From assembly GCA_964607655.1 (NCBI GenBank), contig CAZSKX010000001.1, positions 363,010 to 427,009 of the forward strand: a stretch of DNA of 64,000 nucleotides. The letters are read 5' to 3'. The stretch comes from an uncultured Candidatus Saccharibacteria bacterium. Its GTDB lineage: Bacteria > Patescibacteriota > Minisyncoccia > Phycocordibacterales > Phycocordibacteraceae. The notes beneath the pieces were generated by a model. The model saw only the letters and a program-made list of their open reading frames with translations. It did not search any database and was not told the DNA's origin. Shown here in pieces: positions 27,927-37,088 of this stretch. Each line of letters begins with the position of its first letter. The first letter of the stretch is position 1. A program made the position numbers and the translations under genes.

Positions 27927-29052
27927 TATCGGCACCTACCAGGTCAAACTGGTCGTGGTCGAAGAGGTGCTCGAGAAGGGCAACCGTTCACTCCATATCC
28001 TCGGTACTGGCCTCGCTGAGAGCAGAGGTCTCCGCCACGGCTACATCGTCAACAAAGAAGAAGTAACAGCGAGCATCAAGGAAGCCAAGCGTCAGGCCGA
28101 AGCTGTGTCTCGCGTACCGATCAGATCCGCCTTCCTCGCCGTGGGCGGCGTCTCGCTCGACGAGGTGCGCGCCACTGGTGGCGCGATCATCTCGCGAGCC
28201 GATCAGGAGATCACCGCTCTTGATCTCGAGAAGGCGGCTAAGACCGCGCGCGAAGCTGCGGCACCAAGCTTTTTAAATAGGAATGTGCTCCACACGATCC
28301 CGCTCGAGCACCGTATCGACGGAAACAAGGTCCTCGGCGACCCGCTCGGGATGAAGGGCGTGCGCCTCGAGATCGATTACCTTTTTATCACCTGTCTTGC
28401 CCAGCACGACGACGCGCTCGCAGAAGCGGTCGAAGCTGCCGATATCGAGATCATCGACCAGATGGCTTCTCCTCTCGCCGGGTCATACGTGCTCCTCGAA
28501 GGCGACCAGAAGATGAAGGGATGCGTCCTCGCCAATATCGGCGCCGAGACGATCTCGATCGTCGTCTATGACGAGGGAATCCCTGTGTCGGTTAAGGTCT
28601 TCCCGATGGGCTCAAGCCACATCACCGACGATATCGCGCTCGGGTTCCGCATCTCGCTCGAAGAAGCTGAGCGCGTGAAGCTCCAGCGCCTCACGGGACA
28701 GATGTACCCGAGGAAGAAGGTCGATGACATTGTCGTCAATCGTCTCACCGCGATGTTTAGCCTCGTCGAGAAACACCTCCGCACCCTCGCGCGCAAGAGC
28801 CCTCTCCCCGCGGGCATCATTATCTCTGGTGGTGGCGCAGGCACGGGCTCGATCACCGACATCGCTCGCGGGTCACTCAAGCTTCCTGCACGACTCGCTG
28901 AGTTCCGTCTCTCTTCAGATACCAAGATCCGCGACGCGACCTGGGCCGTGGCTTACGGACTCGCCCTCTGGGGCCTCACGGGCGACACCGCCGCACCCAA
29001 GAAAACTTTTGGCTCCTCACTTTCTAATTTCTTCCGCCAGTTTTTACCGTAA
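27898..29052 (+). CDS. ftsA: Cell division protein FtsA (actin-like ATPase)
   Basis: N-terminal GIDIGT phosphate-1 motif and a C-terminal GGGA-TG-I adenosine motif. Confidence 0.8.
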   Translation: MSRRIATGIDIGTYQVKLVVVEEVLEKGNRSLHILGTGLAESRGLRHGYIVNKEEVTASIKEAKRQAEAVSRVPIRSAFLAVGGVSLDEVRATGGAIISRADQEITALDLEKAAKTAREAAAPSFLNRNVLHTIPLEHRIDGNKVLGDPLGMKGVRLEIDYLFITCLAQHDDALAEAVEAADIEIIDQMASPLAGSYVLLEGDQKMKGCVLANIGAETISIVVYDEGIPVSVKVFPMGSSHITDDIALGFRISLEEAERVKLQRLTGQMYPRKKVDDIVVNRLTAMFSLVEKHLRTLARKSPLPAGIIISGGGAGTGSITDIARGSLKLPARLAEFRLSSDTKIRDATWAVAYGLALWGLTGDTAAPKKTFGSSLSNFFRQFLP

Positions 29053-29176
29053 TCGGTGGTATTGACTTTAATGTTTTAACGTGCCATCGTATTTGACATA
29101 GGCAACTTCGATAATCGAAGACGTGCCATTGATCAGTTCTTGATTAACCAGTCGTAAGTAAAAGGAGGGACTCCAG

Positions 29177-29650
29177 ATGTTCAATATCATTGCGAAGGGG
29201 CGCGCACTGCGTCGTCGCTTCTTCCCGACCGCTGAAGATCTCATCAACGGAATCGTCGACATCGAGCTCATGCTCGAAGAAGAGCCGAATCTGACTCCAG
29301 AAAGAAGGGGCAACCTGCAGCTCGCCCAGAAGTTGCTGAACCGCCGACTCGATATGCTCGAGGGTTCTGACGGCGGAGTGACCGGCAACATCGCTGCGTT
29401 CGCTCGGGAATTCCGTCGGGCGTTTTTCCAGACGAAGGCCGAGCGACGCGAAGAGCTCGAGAGCGGATTGGACCGCTGCACCGACAGACTAGCGGAACTC
29501 ATCCAAGTCATTGAACGATTGGAAGCACTGAAGACCAAGGCACCCGAGAAGTTCGCTGGGCTCGAGCCCCAACTTGTCGAGTTGTGCTCCCTGAGGAGCC
29601 GGCTCACCTATCTCAAGGCCGGCCTCGAGAATGATCTTGCGCGCCTCTGA
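29177..29650 (+). CDS. Coiled-coil protein inserted between ftsA and ftsZ
   Basis: SD AAAGGAGGG upstream; heptad-rich sequence (LQLAQKLLNRRLDMLE...LAELIQVIERLEALK); own terminator at 29657-29712. Confidence 0.55.
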   Translation: MFNIIAKGRALRRRFFPTAEDLINGIVDIELMLEEEPNLTPERRGNLQLAQKLLNRRLDMLEGSDGGVTGNIAAFAREFRRAFFQTKAERREELESGLDRCTDRLAELIQVIERLEALKTKAPEKFAGLEPQLVELCSLRSRLTYLKAGLENDLARL

Positions 29651-29656
29651 TACCTA

Positions 29657-29712
29657 GCCCGCCGTCGAAACACAGGTAACCCTGCTGTTTCGACGGCGGG
29701 TTTCCTGTTTTT
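29657..29712 (+). terminator. Rho-independent terminator
   Basis: cccgccgtcgaaac...gtttcgacggcggg + T-tract. Confidence 0.65.
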
Positions 29713-29816
29713 ATATTAATTGTGTGTGGTTATGACGACCCGTCTCAAATCCTTGTCAATATTTGCAAGCGCGCTCCCTCTGGTATCATTGCTCCTAATA
29801 GGCCTAATTACTGGAT

Positions 29817-31088
29817 ATGTCAAAACGCGTTGAACCTGAGATCGAGACATTTGCACGCATTCGTGTGGTAGGAGTTGGAGGTTCTGGTAAAAACGCGGTC
29901 AATCACATGATCGAGTCGAAGGTGCGCGGCGTAGAGTTTATCGCCGTTAACTCTGACGCTCAGGACCTTCACCGCTCGCTCGCCAAGCGCAAGATCCATA
30001 TCGGCAAAAATCTCACCCGCGGCCTCGGTACGGGGATGAACCCCGAGCTCGGCAAGCGCGCTGCTGAAGAGACTCGCCAGGAGATCCAAGAGGCGCTTTC
30101 AGGAAGCGACATGGTCTTCATCACCGGCGGCATGGGCGGCGGTACGGGTACGGGCGCAGCCCCAATCGTCGCCAAGATCGCCAAGGAGATCGGTGCGCTA
30201 GTCATCGCGGTCGTCTCGAAGCCATTTTCATTTGAAGGTTCGCAGCGTCGCGAGATCGCTGAGCGAGGCCTCGCTGAGCTTAAGAAGGAAGTCGACGCGT
30301 TTATCGTGATACCCAACGACAAGCTCCTCCAGGTTGTCGACACGAACGTTTCTGCAAAAAGTGCATTCGCGATGTGTGACGAGATCCTTCGTCAGGCTGT
30401 CGAGGGCGTCTCAGACATCATCACCACTCCGGGCGAGATCAACACCGACTTCAACGACATCAAGGCGATCATGGAAGGCGCTGGTCCCGCACTCATGGGT
30501 ATCGGTGTTGCCGAGGGCGACAGCCGTGCCCGCGACGCGGCACAGAAGGCCGTCAACTCCCCTCTCCTCGACGTTTCGATCAGTGGTGCCAAGGGCGTGC
30601 TCTTCGTCGTCGCTGGCTCAGACGACCTGGGCATCCTCGAGGTTCAGGAGGCTGCCAAGGTGATCAGCGAGTCAGTCGACAAGAACGCCAAGGTGATCTT
30701 CGGTATCATGCGCGACGAGAAGGTTAAGAAGGGCCACATGCGCATCATCGTGATCGCTACGGGCTTCCCCGAGAGCGCTGCCCACACCTCGATCGACACT
30801 CCCGAGCGCTCACTCTTCTCGATGGCCCCGCAGCAGCGTGAAGAAGAGAAGGGTCGCATTTATCATGATGTACTAAAGCGCGCTCCCGAGCCGAAGGAAG
30901 AAAAGCCGGTCATCACCGAGGAAGTCCGCGAGATAAAGCCAGAAGCCAAGAAGCCTGAGAAGAAGGAGGAGCCTATCGTCACGGCCCAACCACACAAACG
31001 CGAAGAACTCCCCGTCGCGGCACCCCTTTCTGAAGACGAAGAAGCATGGGGAGCGATCCCAGCCTTCCTCCGTCGCCATAAGAAGTAG
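29817..31088 (+). CDS. ftsZ: Cell division protein FtsZ
   Basis: GGGTGTG tubulin signature (GGMGGGTGTGAAP) and NTDFNDI; long K/E-rich C-terminal linker. Confidence 0.95.
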   Translation: MSKRVEPEIETFARIRVVGVGGSGKNAVNHMIESKVRGVEFIAVNSDAQDLHRSLAKRKIHIGKNLTRGLGTGMNPELGKRAAEETRQEIQEALSGSDMVFITGGMGGGTGTGAAPIVAKIAKEIGALVIAVVSKPFSFEGSQRREIAERGLAELKKEVDAFIVIPNDKLLQVVDTNVSAKSAFAMCDEILRQAVEGVSDIITTPGEINTDFNDIKAIMEGAGPALMGIGVAEGDSRARDAAQKAVNSPLLDVSISGAKGVLFVVAGSDDLGILEVQEAAKVISESVDKNAKVIFGIMRDEKVKKGHMRIIVIATGFPESAAHTSIDTPERSLFSMAPQQREEEKGRIYHDVLKRAPEPKEEKPVITEEVREIKPEAKKPEKKEEPIVTAQPHKREELPVAAPLSEDEEAWGAIPAFLRRHKK

Positions 31089-31133
31089 CGATTCACAGAG
31101 CCCGGGAAACCGGGCTCTGTTATACTGTGCTCT

Positions 31134-32057
31134 ATGTACGACCTCATCATAATTGGCGGCGGCCCCGCGGGCGTCGCGGCCGGCGTCTACGCAGCCCGTA
31201 AACAATTAAAAACCGTTCTCATCGCCGAAGAACTCGGCGGTCAATCAACCGTCTCAGAAGGTATCGAGAACTGGATCGGCACACCAAAGATCCCTGGTGC
31301 TGACCTCGCCAAATCCTTCAAGGCACATCTCGAGGCGCTTAAGGGCGACGTGGTCGGCCTAGAGCTCGAAGAGCGTGTCACCAGCCTCGAGAAAGGCGCT
31401 GACGGCTTCATCGTGAAGACGCGCAGTGGCAAGGAATACACCGCCAAGACGGTCCTAGTCGCCTCAGGTGCTGGTCGCCGCAAGCTCGCGATCCCAGGCG
31501 CCGACAAATTTGAAAACAAGGGCGTCACCTACTGCGCCTCCTGTGACGGCCCGCTCTTCGGCGGAATGGACGTGGTCGTAGTGGGCGGCGGCAACGCCGG
31601 CTTCGAGACCGCTGCGCAGCTCCTCGCCTACGCTAAGAGCGTCACCCTTATCCATCGGCACAAGGAGTTTAAAGCCGATCCGGTCACCGTCGAGAAAGTC
31701 TCAGCCCACCCGAACATGCGCGTTATAACCCACGCCGAGCCGACCGAGGTCTTGGGCGATCAATTCGTCAGCGGCCTCACCTATCTCGACAAAGACACCA
31801 ACGAGACTAAAAAGATTGATGCCGCCGGCATCTTCGTCGAAGCGGGCGTGATCCCCAACACTGACTTCGCCTCAAGCCTCCTCCCGCTCGATGAGGTGAA
31901 GCGCATCAAGATAGACCCGCGCAATCAGCGCACAAGCGTCGATGGCATCTGGGCTGCCGGCGACTGTACCGACGAGCTCTACCACCAGAACAACATCGCG
32001 GCTGGCGACGGAGTCAAAGCCCTCGAAGACATCTACCTCTGGGTCAAGATGCACTAA
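31134..32057 (+). CDS. trxB: Thioredoxin-disulfide reductase
   Basis: GGGPAG FAD motif, CASCDG redox-active CxxC and GGGNAG NADPH motif. Confidence 0.9.
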   Translation: MYDLIIIGGGPAGVAAGVYAARKQLKTVLIAEELGGQSTVSEGIENWIGTPKIPGADLAKSFKAHLEALKGDVVGLELEERVTSLEKGADGFIVKTRSGKEYTAKTVLVASGAGRRKLAIPGADKFENKGVTYCASCDGPLFGGMDVVVVGGGNAGFETAAQLLAYAKSVTLIHRHKEFKADPVTVEKVSAHPNMRVITHAEPTEVLGDQFVSGLTYLDKDTNETKKIDAAGIFVEAGVIPNTDFASSLLPLDEVKRIKIDPRNQRTSVDGIWAAGDCTDELYHQNNIAAGDGVKALEDIYLWVKMH

Positions 32058-32072
32058 CGACACTCGAGCATC

Positions 32073-34694
32073 GTGAACGAACTCTCCGCCACCATCAAGA
32101 CTCCCTACTGGTCTCTCTCTCCCGAGGACACCGCTTCGCTCTTACACACTGACCTCCACCAGGGCCTGACTGCGCCAGAAACCGCAAAACGCCGTGCCGA
32201 GTTCGGCACGAACACCATCGAAGCGTCGACGGGCGCAACACAGCTACGCATCCTGCTCCGACAATTTACAAGCCCGCTCATTTTAATTCTTAATTTTGCC
32301 GTTATCGTCACGATAGTTATTGGCCACTATCGTGACGCGGTCTTTATCGGGATAGCTGTCGTGGTCAATGCTCTGCTTGGCTTCTATCAGGAGCACAAGG
32401 CTGAGCGCTCACTCGCGAAGCTCAAGACCTACGTACGCCAGCGCGCTCGCGTGATCCGTGACGGACGTGAGCGCGAGATCGACGCAGCCGAGCTCGTACC
32501 CGGCGACAGTATCCGCCTTTCTCAGGGTGACCGCGTCCCCGCCGACGCACGAGTGTTTTTCTCGAGTGACGCGATGGTCGACGAATCACTGCTTACCGGA
32601 GAGTCACTCCCCACTGCGAAGACTGCCGAACCCGTCGCTGAGAACACGACTATCGGCGATCAGCACGGCATGGTCTTCGCGGGTACCCTGCTCACCCAAG
32701 GAGCAGCCTCAGCCGTTGTTTGTCGTACCGGCCTCAACACCGAGCTCGGTACCATCGCGGGACTACTCGCCACCACCAAAGATGAGCGGACCCCGCTCCA
32801 GCAAGCCATTGAACGTTTTAGTATTCACGCCAGTATCGGCTTAGGAGCCCTCACCGTGGGAGTATTTTTCCTTGGGCTCGCGATGGGACACTCGAGGCTC
32901 GACATGTTCTTAATCGCCGTGGCGATCGCGGTGTCAGCTATCCCTGAAGGTCTCCCGGTCTCGCTTACCGTCATTCTCGCCGTAGGCGTCGAGCGTATGG
33001 CCAAGCGTAAAGGTGTGGTGCGCAAGCTCTCGGCCGCTGAGGCGCTCGGGAGCACCACAGTCATCCTCACCGATAAAACCGGCACCCTGACCGAGGCACG
33101 GATGGAGCTGTCGGCGATACTTCCCTTCCACGGCAGCGAAGAAGCACTCCTGAAGCGCGCCCTCGCTAATACGCAGGTCTTAATCGACAACCCTGAAGAT
33201 GCGCCGGGAGCCTGGCACTTAACTGGCCGGATCATGGAAACCGCGCTTGTCCGCGCAGCGGCGCTCCGCGAAATCCCAGTAACAGAAGTCCCTGACGCTA
33301 CCCGGGCGCTTCAACACCTACCCTTTAGTTCTGACCGTAAATATTCGATCTCACTCGTGCACGACCAAGGGCATCATAAGCTCGTCGTCGTGGGCGCTCC
33401 TGACATAATCCTTCAGCACACGACCCTCGAGCCCGCCGTGCGCGATGAGTGGCTCGCGACTATTGCGTCGCGCGCCTCTTCAGGAGAACGTCTCCTCGGC
33501 ATAGCCACCAAGGAGATCACCTACGAGCACGAATTCTCTCTTGCGACCCACCCGCACATCACTCACCTCTCGTTCGCGGGGCTGATCACCTTCCGCGACC
33601 CCATACGCAGCGGCGTGCCTGAAGCGCTCGCGCTTACTAAACAGGCCCACGTGCGCACGATCCTCGCCACCGGCGACCACCAGGGCACGGCAGTGGCGGT
33701 GGCGCGCGAAGTGGGGCTCCCCACTCACCCTGAAGCGCTCATCGACGCTGCAGAGCTCGCCACCCTTTCTGACGAAGACCTTTCTGAACGTCTACGAAAC
33801 GTCTCGGTGATCTCGCGTGTCACCCCGGCCGATAAGCTTCGCATCGCGAAGCTCTTACAGGCCCAAGGCGAGATCGTAGCGATGACGGGCGATGGCGTCA
33901 ACGACGCCCCGAGCATCAAGCAAGCCAACGTCGGGATCGCGATGGGCTCAGGCACCGAAGTGGCACAAGGGGTTGCTGATCTCATCTTGCTGGATGACAA
34001 CTTCGAGACCATCGTCGCCGCAATCGAAGAAGGTCGGCATATATTAGCCAATATTCGTAAAGTGCTCGTGTACCTGCTCTCTAGCGCGACCGATAGTCTG
34101 ATTCTTATCGGCGGGTCCTTACTCGTGGGACTTCCTCTTCCTCTCTCCGCACTCCAGATACTCTGGGTGAACTTCTTCACCGGCAGCTTCCCGGCTGTTT
34201 CCTTCGCGTTTGAGAAGGAGTCGAACATGTTATCCCGACGTCCACACCCCGGTCCACTCCATCTTTTCGATCCCCTCATGCGCTTCTTGATTCTCGTGAT
34301 CGGTATATCAACCAGCACTCTACTGTTCGTCCTCTACCAAGGCCTGCTCTCCTACGGCTATGAAGAAACGCTGGTGCGGACCTTCATATTCGCGACCTTC
34401 GGTACCTACACACTCCTCATCACCTTCTCGGTGCGCAGCCTAGACCAGAGCATCTTCTCATACCCTGTCTTTGGTAATCGTTTTCTTACTGCTGGCGTCG
34501 GTTTCGGTGTCCTGCTCACGCTCGCAGGAATATATCTGCCTCTCCTCCAAAATCTCTTTGGCACGGTATCCCTGCCGCTTGTATGGGTCGCTGGCGTACT
34601 CTTGGTTGGCGTATTGAATAGCGCGCTCGTCGAACTCGCCAAGTGGTGGTTCCGCACGGTGCACAAACCAAGCCCTTCGTTACGCACCACATGA
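32073..34694 (+). CDS. P-type cation-transporting ATPase (type II, Ca2+/Mg2+-like)
   Basis: DKTGTLT phosphorylation site, TGES actuator motif, MTGDGVNDAPS hinge and ~10 TM segments; GTG start assumed. Confidence 0.85.
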   Translation: MNELSATIKTPYWSLSPEDTASLLHTDLHQGLTAPETAKRRAEFGTNTIEASTGATQLRILLRQFTSPLILILNFAVIVTIVIGHYRDAVFIGIAVVVNALLGFYQEHKAERSLAKLKTYVRQRARVIRDGREREIDAAELVPGDSIRLSQGDRVPADARVFFSSDAMVDESLLTGESLPTAKTAEPVAENTTIGDQHGMVFAGTLLTQGAASAVVCRTGLNTELGTIAGLLATTKDERTPLQQAIERFSIHASIGLGALTVGVFFLGLAMGHSRLDMFLIAVAIAVSAIPEGLPVSLTVILAVGVERMAKRKGVVRKLSAAEALGSTTVILTDKTGTLTEARMELSAILPFHGSEEALLKRALANTQVLIDNPEDAPGAWHLTGRIMETALVRAAALREIPVTEVPDATRALQHLPFSSDRKYSISLVHDQGHHKLVVVGAPDIILQHTTLEPAVRDEWLATIASRASSGERLLGIATKEITYEHEFSLATHPHITHLSFAGLITFRDPIRSGVPEALALTKQAHVRTILATGDHQGTAVAVAREVGLPTHPEALIDAAELATLSDEDLSERLRNVSVISRVTPADKLRIAKLLQAQGEIVAMTGDGVNDAPSIKQANVGIAMGSGTEVAQGVADLILLDDNFETIVAAIEEGRHILANIRKVLVYLLSSATDSLILIGGSLLVGLPLPLSALQILWVNFFTGSFPAVSFAFEKESNMLSRRPHPGPLHLFDPLMRFLILVIGISTSTLLFVLYQGLLSYGYEETLVRTFIFATFGTYTLLITFSVRSLDQSIFSYPVFGNRFLTAGVGFGVLLTLAGIYLPLLQNLFGTVSLPLVWVAGVLLVGVLNSALVELAKWWFRTVHKPSPSLRTT

Positions 34695-34708
34695 TTGCTA
34701 ATTCAGTC

Positions 34709-34745
34709 AAAAGGCCCGCTGCAGACGCAGCGGGCCTTTGTTCAT
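34709..34745. terminator. Bidirectional terminator hairpin
   Basis: aaaggcccgctgc-agac-gcagcgggccttt flanked by A- and T-tracts between convergent genes. Confidence 0.65.
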
Positions 34746-34759
34746 TTTGAACTTTTCGT

Positions 34760-35350
34760 CTACTTCGAAGTCTGCTTGAGTTCGCGAAGCCCCGATTTCC
34801 TACAAACCTCGACGACGCCTCTGATCTGCTCCTCGGCACCCCCGAAACGTTCGTTCCAGGACAACCGGATGCGTGAGGAGTGATTACTCCCGCGAGCTAC
34901 CTCGATCGAACACTGGCAAGCAATCTTGTTACGGTCGCCGCAGCACGAGCACTTCCCCTCTTTAACGAAAGCGAAAGAGCCGGCATAACCCAGACCGAGG
35001 TAGTAGAAGACCAAAGCCCAGTGACCAAGAACGCTTTCCCCAGACTGTCTCTCCGGCGAAAAATCGAAATCCACAGTGAGCGGTTTCTTACCTTCCGCGA
35101 TGCCAAATTGACAGGGGGTCTTGCGCGAAAGGTGGCTGTACGTGTCTCCAACACATATCGCCGTGACACTTCCGTGATCGCCGTACTTGAAGCCAGTGTC
35201 TTCGATGGTCTTACCAGCCCTTATGAGCCTTTCGGGCGCACGCAGATGCCCCACACCTCGATGCTCGAGAGGCATATGGAACCCAAGATCAAGAAACAGC
35301 TTGGGTGAAAGGGTCTTCTTCGAAACGGCAAAAATCCGCTCAGGACTCAT
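34760..35350 (-). CDS. Hypothetical protein with C-terminal Cys cluster (CSCCGDRNKIACQC)
   Basis: ORF with MSPER start; no recognisable family. Confidence 0.35.
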   Translation of the reverse strand: MSPERIFAVSKKTLSPKLFLDLGFHMPLEHRGVGHLRAPERLIRAGKTIEDTGFKYGDHGSVTAICVGDTYSHLSRKTPCQFGIAEGKKPLTVDFDFSPERQSGESVLGHWALVFYYLGLGYAGSFAFVKEGKCSCCGDRNKIACQCSIEVARGSNHSSRIRLSWNERFGGAEEQIRGVVEVCRKSGLRELKQTSK

Positions 35351-35411
35351 ACTCTTTCCTCCTTGCGATTGGACGTCTGTAACCACGTTACTACACAGTA
35401 GTAGTACGTCA

Positions 35412-35792
35412 ATGCGCGGGGAATATATTGATCTTGCTGATAAATACGCTACGCTTTACTACATGTCTCTTGCTGAGCAGCGCTGTATCCCGTGTGAAGG
35501 TGGCATAGAGCCGCTCACGTCGGATGAGGCTCGGGAGCTCCTACGAGACACGCCGGAATGGCTACTCGCTGAGGATGCAAAAAGTATCAGTCGCGAGTAC
35601 GCCTTTAAAGACTTTCTTGCGGCGATGCAGTATGTCGGGTATGTCGCTGATCTCGCCGAGTTTGAAGGTCACCATCCTGACATGCACATTTCGTATAACA
35701 AACTTCGCCTCGAGCTCACCACCCACGCGATCAACGGGCTCTCAAATAACGATTTCATCCTCGCAGCTAAAATAAACACGCTGCCTGTATAA
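35412..35792 (+). CDS. Pterin-4a-carbinolamine dehydratase (PCD/DCoH)
   Basis: EGHHPD...Y signature motif of PCD; 126 aa. Confidence 0.7.
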   Translation: MRGEYIDLADKYATLYYMSLAEQRCIPCEGGIEPLTSDEARELLRDTPEWLLAEDAKSISREYAFKDFLAAMQYVGYVADLAEFEGHHPDMHISYNKLRLELTTHAINGLSNNDFILAAKINTLPV

Positions 35793-35797
35793 CACTC

Positions 35798-35845
35798 AAG
35801 CCCCGAGATTGTTCGTCCTAGGACGAACAATCTCGGGGCTTTTTC
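35798..35845. terminator. Bidirectional terminator (perfect 20-bp stem)
   Basis: agccccgagattgttcgtcc-tagg-ggacgaacaatctcggggct + ttttt. Confidence 0.75.
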
Positions 35846-36476
35846 AGGCAGCCGTGATCTGCGCAACGTTCGACTTCCTTTCGCGAAGACCGAGCCCTCG
35901 AGCGAGCTCCGCGAGCTTCCTCACGTGCTCGAAGGCACCGCCACGGCGCGCCTCCCACTGGAGTCGCAGATACCAGGAGAGCAGCGGGCGCGAGCCCTTG
36001 AGCTCGCGCGGATAGCAGTACACGCCGCAGCGCGCCGACCATTCACGGGCCGGGCCGAAGGCATCTCTCGAGAACTCCATCGGTCCTCGGTACCCGCGCT
36101 CGATCCAGGCCATCGCGACCCCCTTCGTACGGATAAACGCATCGCGGTTATATCCGCCAGCCGATCCCGCTTCGACGAAGCGGACAAAGAGCGGCAGTTT
36201 CCCTTGGGCAACACCGATCACATCGAACGGTGGTTCAGCGTCTTCTCCGCGACGACGATCCCTCGTGTAAAGCAGGTCCTTGCCGTTGCAGCGAGGACCG
36301 AAGCTGTACCCCGTATCCACCAGAACGCGACCATTCTTGATGTACAACTCCGGCACCTCGAGCCGCCCAGTCAGATCGAGCCACTCAGTAGGCACCGCCG
36401 CGATAATCCTGTTGACTACCTCGCCGGACTTCAAACCTCCGACTCCACCAAGTTCAAAATTGATATGCTCCGCCAT
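35844..36476 (-). CDS. Hypothetical protein
   Basis: ORF with MAEHINFELGG start; no recognisable family. Confidence 0.35.
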   Translation of the reverse strand: MAEHINFELGGVGGLKSGEVVNRIIAAVPTEWLDLTGRLEVPELYIKNGRVLVDTGYSFGPRCNGKDLLYTRDRRRGEDAEPPFDVIGVAQGKLPLFVRFVEAGSAGGYNRDAFIRTKGVAMAWIERGYRGPMEFSRDAFGPAREWSARCGVYCYPRELKGSRPLLSWYLRLQWEARRGGAFEHVRKLAELARGLGLRERKSNVAQITAA

Positions 36477-36542
36477 CGTATCCCTCCGAAGAACAGTCTC
36501 GACCCACCCTAGCGCACTTACCGCCTGGGTCAAGAGACAGCG

Positions 36543-37088
36543 CTAGAGCGATGCGGCGAATTCAGCGAGATGTGTCCCGACAAGCACCGCGTCAGCACCA
36601 GGCTCGATATCGGCAACGGTTCGGATATTGCTCGCCTGACAGAGCCACCCCTTGAAAAGGGCTCGGGCTTCTTGAAAGGTTTCCTCCTTCAAGCCGCCCG
36701 TGTGTAAATCGCGGCTGTTCCATACCGCGCGGAGGTGGGTCGGGATCTCGCGTAGCCCTTGAAGCGAGAGCGGCTCAATTAGACACCGGTCTTCATTGAG
36801 GCGAGGGACGAACCCGACTGTGAGCACCCAATCAGCACCACATCGAAACGCCTGCTCGACCTGTTCATCGGTCGTGTGCCAGCCTTTCGCAAGGATCGGC
36901 TTACCGGTCACCGTGCGCGCCTTGCGTACGAGCTCAAAGGAGCCTCCCCATCGCGGATCAGTATGGATCGCGATAATATCGCCGACCCTCTCGGCGATCT
37001 GAAATAACTCTTCAAAACTTTTGTTTGAACGATACCCAAAGGGCGACTCCGTCTTAACCTCAGCAATGATTAAGACGTCGTCTTTCAT
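36543..37088 (-). CDS. Truncated indole-3-glycerol-phosphate synthase (TrpC)-like TIM-barrel protein
   Basis: IIAEVKTESP...ILAKGWHTTDEQVEQA...GADWVL...GADAVLVG matches the TrpC motif order, but the protein is only 181 aa. Confidence 0.4.
   Translation of the reverse strand: MKDDVLIIAEVKTESPFGYRSNKSFEELFQIAERVGDIIAIHTDPRWGGSFELVRKARTVTGKPILAKGWHTTDEQVEQAFRCGADWVLTVGFVPRLNEDRCLIEPLSLQGLREIPTHLRAVWNSRDLHTGGLKEETFQEARALFKGWLCQASNIRTVADIEPGADAVLVGTHLAEFAASL

Noticed and set aside
32105-34690. Internal and antisense ORFs within the P-type ATPase gene (e.g. 32458..32844, 33725..34318, 34406..34690)
   Set aside because: They are alternative frames of a confidently identified 873-aa ATPase.
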